DNA of 64,000 nucleotides from Laetmonice hystrix (Eukaryota): NCBI GenBank assembly GCA_965235115.1, contig OZ249442.1, positions 21,390,001 to 21,454,000 of the forward strand, read 5' to 3'. Shown piece by piece: positions 49,301 to 61,491 of this stretch (position 1 is its first letter; each line of letters starts with the position of its first letter). The notes under the pieces were generated by a model. It saw only the letters and a program-made list of their open reading frames with translations, ran no database searches and was not told where the DNA came from. The position numbers and the translations under genes were made by a program.

Positions 49301-50770
49301 ACGATTAGCTCCGACATGCACTGTCCCGGGAGTCATGGTCAAATACGCATGGTTAAATGGCTTCCTGCAGAGGACAAAGTGTGCACGCTGTGTATATTCA
49401 ACTCACGCTGTGATCAGCGTGCACAGACTGTGGGGATTGGCGCTGGTTCAGGGTCCGGGAGAAACCTGTGGGAGATTGTGTGGTTATCACCGACCAGCCG
49501 TTAGCAACCAGCCAGCTAGGTCTCTGTTTGCATTCTACTCTGGCATCAACCTTATAAAGGGATCAAATTAAGGTTAGGATTATTAAGAAATATATAAATG
49601 ATACCATCACGGACTTCAAGTCCTAGGAATGCAGGTCCGCCGGATCTGGACATATCAGGGGGAAGTAAATTAATATGTCCCTTTAACTGAGTCTATTTTC
49701 ACCGCATATAATTATACGTCCGATCAGGAAATGCCAAAGTAGGCCTACACTGTTATTTAGTCTCATCACCTGTTTAGAGCCCATATTATTCTGCACTAAA
49801 GGNNNNNNNNNNNNNNNNNNNNNNNNNNNNNNNNNNNNNNNNNNNNNNNNNNNNNNNNNNNNNNNNNNNNNNNNNNNNNNNNNNNNNNNNNNNNNNNNNN
49901 NNNNNNNNNNNNNNNNNNNNNNNNNNNNNNNNNNNNNNNNNNNNNNNNNNNNNNNNNNNNNNNNNNNNNNNNNNNNNNNNNNGTCACCTTTGAGTTAAGA
50001 ACCGAAATCACCCTGAGGTCGTAAAGCACTGACCACCCGATAACGACTGGAGTTCATATTACTTTGTGTTACTGTTGTGACGGGTATCAGAAAATAAAAA
50101 AAGATAAAATATCAAACATCCTTCCAAATATAAATTACAATGTTTCTCTTAAAGAGACTTCTTGTTAAAGAAACACGCATACGTTCTTTCCTTAATCTAC
50201 TAACGCAGGTTTCACCTTGAAAATGTGCCATAAGTTAAAATCATGAGTCACAAACGAGTTTAGAAACCACCTTGTCAACGGCATTGTGCGGAAAACTATA
50301 CCCTGGTCGAAATATATTATCCTGCTCACAGTACTGGTCGATTATCTACAGTTAGGGGGCACATGTCGATTAGCTGCATAGATTATCTATAGTTGGGGGC
50401 ACTGTGCAATATTTATTATGCAAACAATATTCAAATGTAGCGCTTTAAACAAAACTAGACTTCGATCAAGGGATAGGAACATTACAATTATATATAATAA
50501 TGGTCTGGTTGGAAGAATGAACTGCATTACATAATTTATATATCGACCTGTTTTGTTACAGATGATGACAGGGTCCATGACGTAAACTACCTGACTGCAG
50601 ACAAGCGCGGTGGACGTCTTCCGGTCGTCTTCGTCTGCTCGCCCAAAACAGCAGCGTGTAAAAATGGCGGTCGTGGCCCGAGGATCACGCCTCTGAAAAC
50701 TCGCAAGCTCGCCATGTGCGTCTGCCTGTGTCCAAATCAATTGAAAGGAGCCCAGTGCACCAAAGTGTAG
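40191..50770 (+). CDS. Two-exon 131-aa secreted precursor: signal peptide - acidic pro-segments (KR, KR) - cationic 53-aa six-Cys EGF-like peptide
   Basis: Exon 1 ends CTA G|GTAAGT (phase 1); exon 2 begins TTTTGTTACAG|AT (phase 1). The joined frame is stop-free and gives a coherent prepropeptide. TATA upstream, AATAAA downstream. Confidence 0.78.
42372..43284 (+). mobile_element. 5'-truncated non-LTR retrotransposon (CR1/L2-group-like RT C-terminus) with poly(A) tail
   Basis: ORF 42374-43048 has KYLG, YKSTILPILDY, KLQSVQNRALRII and G..LWN.LP motifs; AATAAA and an A run of about 23 nt at 43262-43284. Confidence 0.9.
43359..43700. repeat. 42-bp minisatellite, 8 copies
   Basis: CTTTTGTACCAATGTCTGATCATAGAATGGTGGCGTG(G/T)TAAC. 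Confidence 0.96.
43792..44435. mobile_element. MITE family A copy 1 (TGTTCCGGCTAGATA termini) with nested CGGACTAGTGAAC-type element
   Basis: Inverted terminal arms with GGACATATC subrepeats; nested inverted-repeat element at about 44010-44282. Confidence 0.8.
46603..47235 (-). pseudogene. Decayed PIF/Harbinger transposase 5' part (frameshifts, stop, one intron)
   Basis: Across frames: IIVRRRRSRR..WVRPRLLRREQYGVYETLIEELESED..F.RV/SEVFQELLAKV..RRNTNMRRTIPPE../LRFLATG, then TIGQIIPETCIAIHEAL..DFLK|GT; typical Harbinger N-terminal signature. Confidence 0.8.
47279..48200. mobile_element. MITE family A copy 2, with unrelated sequence of about 640 bp nested inside
   Basis: CTGTTCCGGCTAGATA...TATCTAGCCGGAACAG termini, same arms as 43792-44435. 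Confidence 0.78.
48569..49220. mobile_element. GC-rich MITE with GGCTCAGTCCCACTGGG / CCCAGTGGGACCTAAGC termini (related to 34783 element)
   Basis: Imperfect 17-bp TIR, internal palindromic CCCCGG/CCGGGG subrepeats. Confidence 0.7.
49803..49982. other. Assembly gap (N run) inside the 10.2-kb intron
   Basis: N bases. Confidence 0.99.
50562..50770 (+). CDS. Precursor exon 2: (D)DDRVHDVNYLTAD KR GGRLPVVFVCSPKTAACKNGGRGPRITPLKTRKLAMCVCLCPNQLKGAQCTKV*
   Basis: Pyrimidine-rich acceptor, GC-rich coding-like island in AT-rich DNA, KR at 50603-50608, CKNGG and C-x-C-x8-C (..KGAQC) EGF hallmarks, TAG at 50768. Confidence 0.78.
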
Positions 50771-51073
50771 GTGTCATCCACGCCCTTACGAAATCCGCAA
50801 ATGACACCTTCGTCAGATATTTTTAAAAAATGGGAAAGAGGAACAGTCGTGGGATAGTTTGTGTTCTTGTCTGCCAAGTTGTGAACAGGAAATGTTTGCA
50901 ATGTGTCTGAATTAGATGCTTCGTAATGTTCTGACGATTTAAGATGAGGACAGGTGGCTATAAAACCTGGTAATTTTCTATTTGAATACGAGAAATACAT
51001 GGGGTGAACAGAATGAAAAGGCAACGAGTGATCGAGCCCCCCAAACAGTAACAATATAGCTACTAATCAGTCC

Positions 51074-51079
51074 AATAAA
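51074..51079 (+). terminator. Candidate polyadenylation signal AATAAA of the precursor gene
   Basis: AATAAA about 300 nt after stop 50770, followed by T/G-rich sequence. Confidence 0.45.
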
Positions 51080-54000
51080 AGATGCCCCTTTCCGCAGGCT
51101 TTGACGGGCGTTTTTGTCACTAATTTTACTATAAGGGGGTCGATTTTCCCAAATACCGTTTAAATTGTATTTATTTTCCGCTATTGTAACACCCATAAGG
51201 CATAGAATAACATGCCCCTGTCTATGACATGGCCCTCCGGGCATACACTACTCTCAAACATGTTTTCATCCTAACGTTGGTGATTTCTCACGGCTATATA
51301 TTAATCTTCTATTAACAACACGAGTTGCAGTTCGTATGCTCATACTCTCTAAGTGCACATCAGACAAAATATGCATATAATATTTATTGCGTATTATAAC
51401 TTCATCATAAATGTACATCTTTTACTTAGAGTATTGAAGTGATGCACAGATTCTCTGCCCATCAAGATACTGTATACGTTGGCAAATGCACCAGTCCGTT
51501 GGGCCAACGTTGGCCTTCCACGAGGTTTTCAGCACGAAAATATCCTGTTACTCCTTACACCTTTCTTGTTTTGTTTGTCATTTCGCCCCGCTATCCTTGT
51601 ATTTCGTTTCTGTTTGTATGCTTGCTCACCATCGATACCATGGAATCCTCCAGTGGCAGTGACCACAGACCATTATCATACGTGTCCTATTTATGTTTAA
51701 TTCTATGCTTCTTTGATAATGTGGCGCCAACGAGAGGGAGGGGAAGATTTGACAGCGTCTCGGGCTTGCCTTGCAGACGGCGCAGACGGAGGTGGTAAGA
51801 TAGAGAGAGCCAGGAGACTACGGCCAAAAAGGACAGTGGCCTTTCTGGAGGTTCACAAACATCTTGCTGGGCAACACTAACACCCTGGAGGATAAACACG
51901 CGTACATCCTAGAAGTTGGCTACAACGTTCCATCCGAGCAGATTTTTACAGAAAAAAACACTCAGACAGCATCTCAACAGAAATTCATATCCGAAACATG
52001 CATTTTATGTAAGCAGGACTCGGACAACTTACTTGGCCTATATGCAGTGGGATCTTTATCGAGATACAATGTATAGGGATTTATAATAGTAGCACCGAAT
52101 GTCACATACATTCTACGGAATTTTACTGATTAAATCATCCCGTCTAAAGATATAAGAACGGTTTTAGCTGGGTTCGGTATAGCAGTGATCACTCGGAACA
52201 TTTTAAAGTGTACCGGTATATTATTATCTACTTTAAAGAAAGAGAATTGTATACACACTAAGAAATCACATTTTCTCCTTCGTTTTCCTGACCCCAATAT
52301 AATAACTTGGACCTTTTCAAGCGAGCGATATATAAGTTGACGTCAAAGGCAATCTCATCAACAAGACAAGATCATAGCTTCTTGTTTTTCGTTGATTCAG
52401 AACCAGTCGACCTATCTCTCGAGAAAAGTAACCTTCCTATATTTGACGTTGTCTGTGACGAATAAAGAGAGCAACAAGATACCGAGTATCATATTTCAAA
52501 CCATTATCATGACCGTATGCTCTCCTAAGGACCTGACTAACAGCCCAAATCCGCGTTCTTAAAAGGTGACGTTTGAACTGGAGATACAGGCAGTGAGTCC
52601 TGCGCTCTTATTATGAAGGCGGTGAACCAACAAGGATGTTCTTGACTGATCTTCAAGGCAATGATAGATCAATAATTAAGATGGCATCATTTTTCCCGGT
52701 TGGCTACTGGGACGTTGGGACTGTGTTTTACAAATAACGGTTTGAAATAGCGTTTTTATATGTCGAAACGTCCCTGAACGTAATAATTTTAAACGTGTAC
52801 GCCTTCGCTATGACCTGGACATATGGTAAATCGTCCCTTTATGATTTACGTTACGTTACGTGACCATGTGGTTTAATAATAATGTAATGGACACGAACAA
52901 AAGTTGCTGTGAATAAAAGTTTATCTGTTTGACATATTATGGTTCACTTTCTGCCCAGGTTGATATATAGTATTTCAATAAGTTTGGGCGATTTTTATTT
53001 AGGAAATTTGTCCGACGTACGGGAGGACGTGTGCAAGTGAAATGTCACTTACTGGCACAAGTACGTGTAGAAAATGGTTTGTTGAAATTTAAGCTGTTGG
53101 GATAGTTCTGATCGGAAAGTCCGAAAACATTCGGGACGCTGAGCGGACAACTATGCATATCACGATGATCAAAGCCAGCTCACACCATACATGAAAGAAC
53201 TCTTTCCGATTGCGAAGAAAGTCATCACAAACTCATTTGCTTTCTGAAGAAATTACAGAGCAATTTATGATAATTCACGGGGCATGATAATTCCTAGCTC
53301 ATTATTTTCCGAACTGGGCCCTGAGGTGTCGGATGAGAACGTGTATGGCCGGCTTCATTACCCTCTGATATCAGTTTCATTGCATACCCTCACCTGGAGA
53401 AAATGACCAATTATTGATGATGGTATAGGCTCGTGTGTAGGTTAATATATACTCATCTCATTAAGGCCCTTTATGTGTATGAGGACAGAATGATTGCAAG
53501 TGGACACGGAAACTTGATGAATGTTTGTCACACCTGTACCTGACTAATCTCTGCATCGCTCGGCAATCACTTGGTTATTCTGAGAAAAACGGATTTCACA
53601 GAGAGCTCACACGGTAATAATGGCTGAATTCTAAATTTATTGATGGCCAGCGCATATTATATGTTTAGAATGGCCTTCTGGGTAATACTAATAGTAAGAG
53701 GCAGTTTGAAACGGGATGAATAACTCAAAATCGATTATAAAAGTCCACACTCCATGTTACTGGCATCTATCTATATACCAGACGCACGTATCACGTGTAA
53801 ATGCACGATTTAGTTAAAACTTGCATTGTTGTGTCGAGCTGGGATTGTTTTACCCTTGTAATTTCTAACTGTTCCGGAATAAGACGTCCATAATACTGGG
53901 AAAATTTGATTCTGTGATTCATAATGAAACGGTAAGGCTTCATTGTCGTATACTGTATACTATATGAAACTGCAATCACAGCCAGGGTGGCATGACATTC

Positions 54001-56637
54001 ACCCCTCCCCAGGGGTATCTGATAATACAGTATACTATTGATCAGTGACTCAACTCGTAGCAGGGACATAATAAATCCCTATTCACATGCATCAAGCCAT
54101 CGATCCTGTATAATCAGTTGAATTATTCTGATGACTCTCCATTCCCTGTGAGGCCACCGTGGTCAAGAGTCACCTGGGGTTGCCCTTTGTTACGGACAAA
54201 GCACCAGACATTCTCCCCTTTTCCCACTAGAGTTATATATTCGATAACGTAAAATTCAAAGTAAACGGGTATTAATGACGATTATATGAGAAAGAAGCCT
54301 ATGCACCGGGACAAAACGCTTTTAATCTAATTTCCCATAAACGGGAGTTTAGACGCAATGAGTGTTTTATGTTTCATCTCATGAGCCTTATGCATGTAAG
54401 TCGTTAGGTACACATCTAATTAAAGTACACATCCATCTTTACGTACTTACTCACCCCCACCTTTTGCGGGGATATCTTAAATATGGCAAGCGGAACTCAT
54501 TAGGTAGTTTACCCAAGGCTACTTTATTAATTCATCTACAAAACTTTGTCAGGGCGGAACTCCTGGGCCTCATTTATTCAAAAAGGCGCTAGAAAGACCC
54601 GGATAATCACCACGCCCTCGCTAAATGTTACTTATGCAAAAATAGGCCACCGTTAATAAGTGACATATTGGAAACATAATGTTTAGCGGCAGGATATTAT
54701 TTTTAGAGACGACCGCGTGTCTTGAAAGAAGTTGTTTATGCTTTCCTTGATCGCACGAACTTGTAGGCCTAGGTATAACAGGGGCTGCTCGGAAGTGGCA
54801 AACAAAACTAACGGATGCTGCTTGTCCTTGGCATACAGCACCCCGGAAATATCAGAGGTAGTCCTTGCATACAGATGAATGATGGGACGGTTGTTAGCAA
54901 CAGACAACTCGTGACATTTGACTCCCGATAATGTTGACTCCCGTGCCAATTAGGTCCCCTTGACAGTGAACTTTCGCTGATTCAGGGCCCTGACAGGAGT
55001 TTCCACATTTCCACATGACGTTCCACATAGTGACTCAAATTAAAGCGATTTTTTAATGTAAGCCCAGTTCTATTCTAATCTTAAAGAACGAATCAGCTGA
55101 GCTCCATTGCTGGCCCTGTAAATGGGTTCAACCCGTCAAAGTAACACGGATGTCACACGGGCATCCGCTTTAGTGTGAACGACTCCTATGTTGATCTCTC
55201 CCTCTCCATAAACATTTTCTTTTAATTCATTTTCAACTTTTAAAGAGCACGGATGGGCATATACAAATGGATAAACCTAGAAAGCTGAAAAGGTTTAATA
55301 AACGTTACCATGTGTGAATTATTTGGGGGGTTTTCTGTAGTGTTTTTTCTGATGTTCTTTGTTTAAATCAGAAGAGGTCATCTTTCGATTAGTTGACGTT
55401 TGAAGTGTGATAGATTATCCCCAAACATCAGTTAGGCTCTCTGATCCTGCATTTATTTCACATCGAGATAAAAACCAGTATTCCTCTCACGTATGACAAT
55501 TTTCCCAGATCGGATGACAATGAACTCCCACAAGGCGGAGCAGTAATACGTTTTCTCTTGTCTCTCGATATATTGCAATAGGCCCACTTAAATGTGACGT
55601 TCGAGTCATTTCTACCTACTCATACAGGGTCTCAGAGGTGCACAGGTGGACTTGGAGAAACATATTTCGATTTCTGACATCTGGTTCTGGAAATGCAATA
55701 GAAATTAACCAAAGTAAATGTCTAAGGAACTTGGGGCGAGAATGTAGTAGCAAGGGGCAAAGGCCTTACCATCCTGTTATCTTTGGGAGTTATCTGCCCT
55801 GATATGGATGACCTAAACTGACCTCCTAAACTTGCCTTCCATATTTTGCTGCACATTATTCCATACTTCGCCATGACAACTAATGGCATAGGAACACAAG
55901 TATCACGAAGAAACCATGAAAGTCAGCAATTAAATGAGGCGAAGAACCACCTCCTCAAGCATGTGACCTGATAACCGAATAGTACAGCCACGGGGTTTCA
56001 CCTGTTAAAGGAGCATGGATCGAGGATTTTTAGCGTTTTCCATAAAACTGAGAAAATCAGAGCAATCATCGATTGTGATTTTTCGAAAAAATTGATAACC
56101 TTATATGCAATATACGCATGACTTAGAATTTATTGCATTGTAGAAAAATGTATGCTCGAAAAATGTATGTTCGAAAAATACAGTCCTTAGTACACATCTA
56201 GTAGATTATTAGAATTGCAGAGAACTGAACCAGTAACGTATAGAGTACTGTCAGCCTATCTGATGTAGCCAGCTGTTTCCAAGAGGGAGGGGGTGGGGGG
56301 TGTTCGACCTGGATGGAATTCATCATTTTGTAATGCTATGGCCTCTACCCCGCGAAGCCCCGAGACAACACTGTATGCCTGAGAGCAGCTTGAACAGTTG
56401 ATTGGACGTGGGTTAATTTTATAGTGCTCCGCAAAAGGGAGGTTCGTCCGAACCCCTCAACACCCATGCAACCCATGGGCCTTTCATCTTTGATACTAGG
56501 CATCTCTCTAAGAAACGAGATCAAAATAATTATTTCCCAGTAATTTCCACCCTCGCAATAATGACATTACCGCAGTACGTGTTTACCTACATGCAGACGA
56601 CAACCATTTCACGTAGGCGTTGTGGGAGAATGTGGGG

Positions 56638-56639
<2 letters not shown>

Positions 56640-56701
<62 letters not shown>
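56640..56701. repeat. (CT)n microsatellite
   Basis: About 31 CT units. Confidence 0.98.
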
Positions 56702-56702
<1 letters not shown>

Positions 56703-59553
56703 TCACTCTCTCCCTCTATTCTTGTGGCTCAACTTCTAGAGACAGCCTGTGCAATTAATGTGCCACGAATATCAGAGAGAGACAGAGAGAGAGAGATTTG
56801 GAGCGGCAACCTTTTCATCAAAGAGGGCAGCACGATCGCAATAACTCCCTCTAGCGGGATACGAGTGAAGTACAGGAACGGGGACGAGGGAAAAGGGGTC
56901 TGGTGATCGAAACTAAGCCGGGGACAGTGGAGCCGTGCTCTAATTAAAAATAACCTCGGATATTCTAATTAGACCTGTTTTATCTTCGTTCAATACCGAC
57001 AATTTTACCTAGCAGCTGAAGAAATGTCACCAAAATAGTAAAAAACCTATACTATAGAGGTCGCTGCATGCAACTCGATCCTCGTTTGCCCAGTCTACCG
57101 CCAGATGGCATACCTAGTCCATGCTGTTGGCCGGGGCAACCCTCGTTCTAAGTGGCTTCATGGAATTACAGACTTAAGTTCCATAAACCAGGAGTTGTCA
57201 CCTCATTCTCTCAATATTTGCTCTTGTGGGCCAACACCTGGGCGTTGATAGATGCGAGGCGGGAGAAAATTTCTATGCCATCCCCTACTTTTGGAGATAT
57301 TTTCGAACTATATAATGTAAAAAGTAACCTGACAAAGGCAGAAGACAAGGAAATGTGAAGGTTCGACTGTAAATTTTGATCTTAGAGCCTACTCTTCCTT
57401 CCCCTTTCAGTCGGATCGACGTCCCTGGATGCCCAGTGCGCCCCCCCCCCCCGGTTGTTGGGCCAGCGCCTGAAATATATGTCCAGCCTTGGGAAATCCT
57501 GGTTAAGGATATAGGCCTCATTAATGTGCTTTAAGCTATAGATACTTATACTAAAAATGTAACAAGTTGCGCCCCGTACCCCGTAGTATACCATCTTATT
57601 TGGACCCGATAAGGTAGTACTTTCACAAAGGAAAGTCCTAACTTTCTGAGAGAACGTACATCACTACTCACTCTGAAAATCTTAAAGATGTGGTATATCC
57701 ATAAAAACGTCGGAGCCTTACGCACTTCGTCCAGTCAGTTTCAATGCGGTGCTACGTCTAGCAATCAAGAAAACGGCGTTCGTATTTGTGTTCAACAGTT
57801 CCTTTTCTCTCGCCGGAAGGTGACCCCGGCATAGGATATGGATTCTAAGTATCCCCCATGTATTATCATACGACGCCTCCGCGTTGCTGTAGGCGCCGCT
57901 GGAGCCCACAAAGACATTCCGGGAAAACAGGTGCTGGGAAAAGAGTGATTTCCGCTTCCGCAGATGTGTGAACATGATTGGGAATTATAGCCAAACATCC
58001 AGAGGTTGTCCTGAAGGGGGCCCATATGGTTGGGTAGTATAGCCATGGCCCCAACATCAGTGCATTTTAGTTTTGGTCAAAGGATGAGGTGATTCACTGG
58101 TGGCGAGGAGCGTCGAGTTCGGGGACAATGGATGTGGTACTTACTCTATACGAACGACTTTTCATATTGTAATGATTGATGGGTGTTTGCGCAGCTGAGA
58201 CTTCCCACCTGTTGTCCGCCTTAAACGTGAACGATGGCAGGTTCCAAACCTCAAGAATGAACTCTCTTCAAGACATGATAATCAGTCTCACACCTCTAGA
58301 CTGTAAGTTGTCCTTCCTTCCTTATCATAGTAACTGTACCTTAGAAAAGGATAAATAATAAGTTATACCTAGTTAATATGTAATATGCGGCCTTGTCAAT
58401 TTAGTTATTTCTTTGTTACTTATAGCTCAGCGGGGGCTGACTCTGGAATTCTTTAGTAGCCGGCGCGCCGACCTCTTCCCCTGCTAAATCAACTACTTGA
58501 AACGTAGTCTATCACAGATGACAGTAAGAATTAATGTTTTATGTGGAAGGCGACAGCACAGAGATGTGGCTAATAACATGAATAATTATCCTCGCAGCTG
58601 CCATGGTAATCTCCACCACCGGGCGAGACAAAACAATTAACCACTATATATCAAAAGATGACATTTATATGCGGCGATGAAGTACCCAATAGACCACTTG
58701 GTTGGCCCTTTCTGTTTTTCTCCACCATATCCTCATCGAATGGCAACAATTACTAAGATTTCCACGGCATATTTATGATTAAGACAGGAAGATCTCGTAT
58801 TCGCTTTGATAAGAGGTCGTTACCCGAGAGGTCTTGGGCAAATGGCGACATATGTCGATATTCTGCCACTTCCCGAGACCCTGCAAGAGCGCCCTATGGC
58901 TATCTCGCACAACTGTCTGCTGAAGTCTTAATCCGATTATGCCAAAGATACATGTGGCTACAATGCAATTTACTGAAAGCTGATATTAACTGTCCGTAGT
59001 GGATCAACTACTCACAAAAAGAAAGTGTCGCCAAACATAAGTAGATGAACAACAAACAAGGGAGTTCAATCCAAAACATGCGGCAGGTTGCCACCAGAAA
59101 ATTGTAGGTTTCGCCGACGACTGCAGCATTTAAAGTTCCAGAAAAAAAGTATATATAAGACGAAAGTGCCCCCTCCCCGCCGCCAGTATGAATCACCCAT
59201 ACTATTATCTGTTACCTGGAGTTCAAACAATCAAAGGCGCAGACACCAATGGCATCTCAAGTACCTGACCACACCACTAAACTTAGAAATCTTGTTAACA
59301 ATGAAAAGGTATCAAATCAACTTTATCTATAGTGATACAACATTAACAAATAAATTTAGTTCTGTCAATGTTACAAATTATGTGGTAATATGCCCAACTT
59401 GAGACTCGAAGACAAGTCACGCACGACGGTGCGTGAGTGGCTTCCCTTCCGCTCGCTTGGGGTCGCTGGCACTCAGGCGCATCGAAAAGGAATCCAGCAG
59501 CTCCTACAATGCACTCCAGCCACAGGAGCCATCCTTCCACGCAGGTCAGTTTA

Positions 59554-59720
59554 TAGTGCCGATCACCAGACCTTTTTACCCGCTAGAGGCCGCTCGTCGC
59601 TCAAAAAAAGGGTCTGGACACAAACGCCTATCTAGTTTACACGAACCCCGTGACCGTGATGGAAAACGATCATCGGAGCTGATTGGACGAGCGCGGCATT
59701 GTGACCTAGAAACCTCGACC
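59554..59720 (+). repeat. Dispersed repeat, about 165 bp (copy of 9018-9183)
   Basis: Direct alignment by eye. Confidence 0.85.
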
Positions 59721-60244
59721 GTACTCTGGTCCCCTCCTCTAAATCCTGGCCCTGCGAAGCAAGAGAGTGAGGGGAGCAGCAGCTAGGCCACATCGGAAAG
59801 TTAGGTCAGGGTGCTGACATCTGGTGGCAACATCCCACAGATGTCTTTGTGTCCAGTCTATATCCTTGCCGATAGTAGGACTGGTGGTCGAGTCTATTCA
59901 GATTTCGCTCCGAGTAATTCTCCTTGCACCATCCACTCATAAATAATCAGTTAGTTAAAACGTTAGTTTTGATTCGGACCAGCAATCCGCAGCGAAGACA
60001 GCAGACTGCAGGGTTTCTGTTTGGAATTCCTAGTAATGATAAACCGATAATTAAAAGCCTGTCAGGGACAAAGAAAACTTCGTTAATTGGATTAGTTCGG
60101 AATCAAGAATAAAACATGGATTAAATGTAAAAATTGTAATTTTCGAAATAAGAACAAGGAAAGTGATTTATCTAATGCGGCGGTGAGAGTTAAGATTCCC
60201 CGTCTTCTTCAAAATGTCATCAAAGGTGGTTCGCAGAGAGCTCA

Positions 60245-60460
60245 NNNNNNNNNNNNNNNNNNNNNNNNNNNNNNNNNNNNNNNNNNNNNNNNNNNNNNNN
60301 NNNNNNNNNNNNNNNNNNNNNNNNNNNNNNNNNNNNNNNNNNNNNNNNNNNNNNNNNNNNNNNNNNNNNNNNNNNNNNNNNNNNNNNNNNNNNNNNNNNN
60401 NNNNNNNNNNNNNNNNNNNNNNNNNNNNNNNNNNNNNNNNNNNNNNNNNNNNNNNNNNNC
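60245..60460. other. Assembly gap (N run)
   Basis: N bases. Confidence 0.99.
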
Positions 60461-60512
60461 CCTATTTTTCCTTTATCTTTCTAGTTCTATAGCGGCTTAT
60501 CATGCAGCTTAA

Positions 60513-61491
60513 AGGGAAATGTGAGTGTTCGACGGAATTTGATTGACCACTAGAATTTTCAAAATATTTTTATGGGGGATAGCCTTTGTCCTTAGGAGTA
60601 CAAAGAAACAAAAAAAATCATATGTCACCGAATTAGATTTTTTTATAAACGCCTCCGTAAAAAATGGGTCTTTACTATAGGTTTCAATGGGAAAAAAAGG
60701 ATTTTTCAGACATTTTGACTAATAGTTAAAAAATGACCACCATTTTTTTCCTGAAACTCGGTGACAAGATCAAGTGGATCAGGACTAATAGTTTAAAACA
60801 AAAAAAATTGGGGGTCACCGAATTAAAAAAAAAGTTGCAGCCTGCCAAACAGTCAGTGCCTTGGTAAAACACGGGTCTTAACTATAGGATTCAATGGAGT
60901 AGACAGGTTCTGGCCCAAAGTTTGGTTCATGGTTTAAAAAATACTACTGATTTCCACATCAAACTAGTTGACTGCATAAATAAGCCAAACATTTTTCTGT
61001 TAAAGCTCACTACGTGGCGCTTTGAATAGGGGGTTTAAGTCTCGTGACCTGGATATGCAAATGACGTTAAATAGCCTCAAACCAGCTCGCGAAAGCGCCG
61101 AAAGTGCGCCAAGCGATTGTGACGTCAAAAAATTTCCCATAGGATTAACATTGACAGGGCCGACAGGTTCACAAAAACCAGCCTGTATATTCACAATTTA
61201 ACTTTCTAAACTATAAAACAAACTTTATCCTAGAGTAAACATCCCGGTAATCATGTATTGTAACGCTCAACATTAACAGCGACTTGACTGCAGAATGAAA
61301 ATATTTCAAAGTTGACTGTCACTGTTCTCTATGGCCATCGCAATGTTAAACCAGCGAGGCTATCTGCTCCTTGTCCCGCTAACGCGAAATCTCTTGAATT
61401 CTCGTGACATACTTAAACGCCCTATACTCACATTTCCCCAGTGATACCAACGCGACTCACTAGGTGGCGCTTTGAACACTCACATTTCCCT
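60513..61491. mobile_element. Kolobok-like non-autonomous DNA transposon, 18-bp perfect TIR AGGGAAATGTGAGTGTTC, TTAA TSD
   Basis: TTAA|AGGG...CCCT|TTAA at 60509-60530 and 61474-61495. Confidence 0.85.

Noticed and set aside
48555-49571. Cluster of 70-180-aa ORFs on both strands
   Set aside because: They arise from a GC-rich palindromic MITE poor in stop codons; no recognisable motifs
51639-52076. MESSSG...LCLILCFF...RRRRRRW with possible donor, and an adjacent open frame EPGDYGQKGQWPFWRF...
   Set aside because: No convincing signal peptide, acceptor or partner exon; unresolved, could be decayed transposon coding sequence
57718-58057. Three overlapping open frames on the minus strand
   Set aside because: No family motif or consistent splice sites; GC-rich stretch
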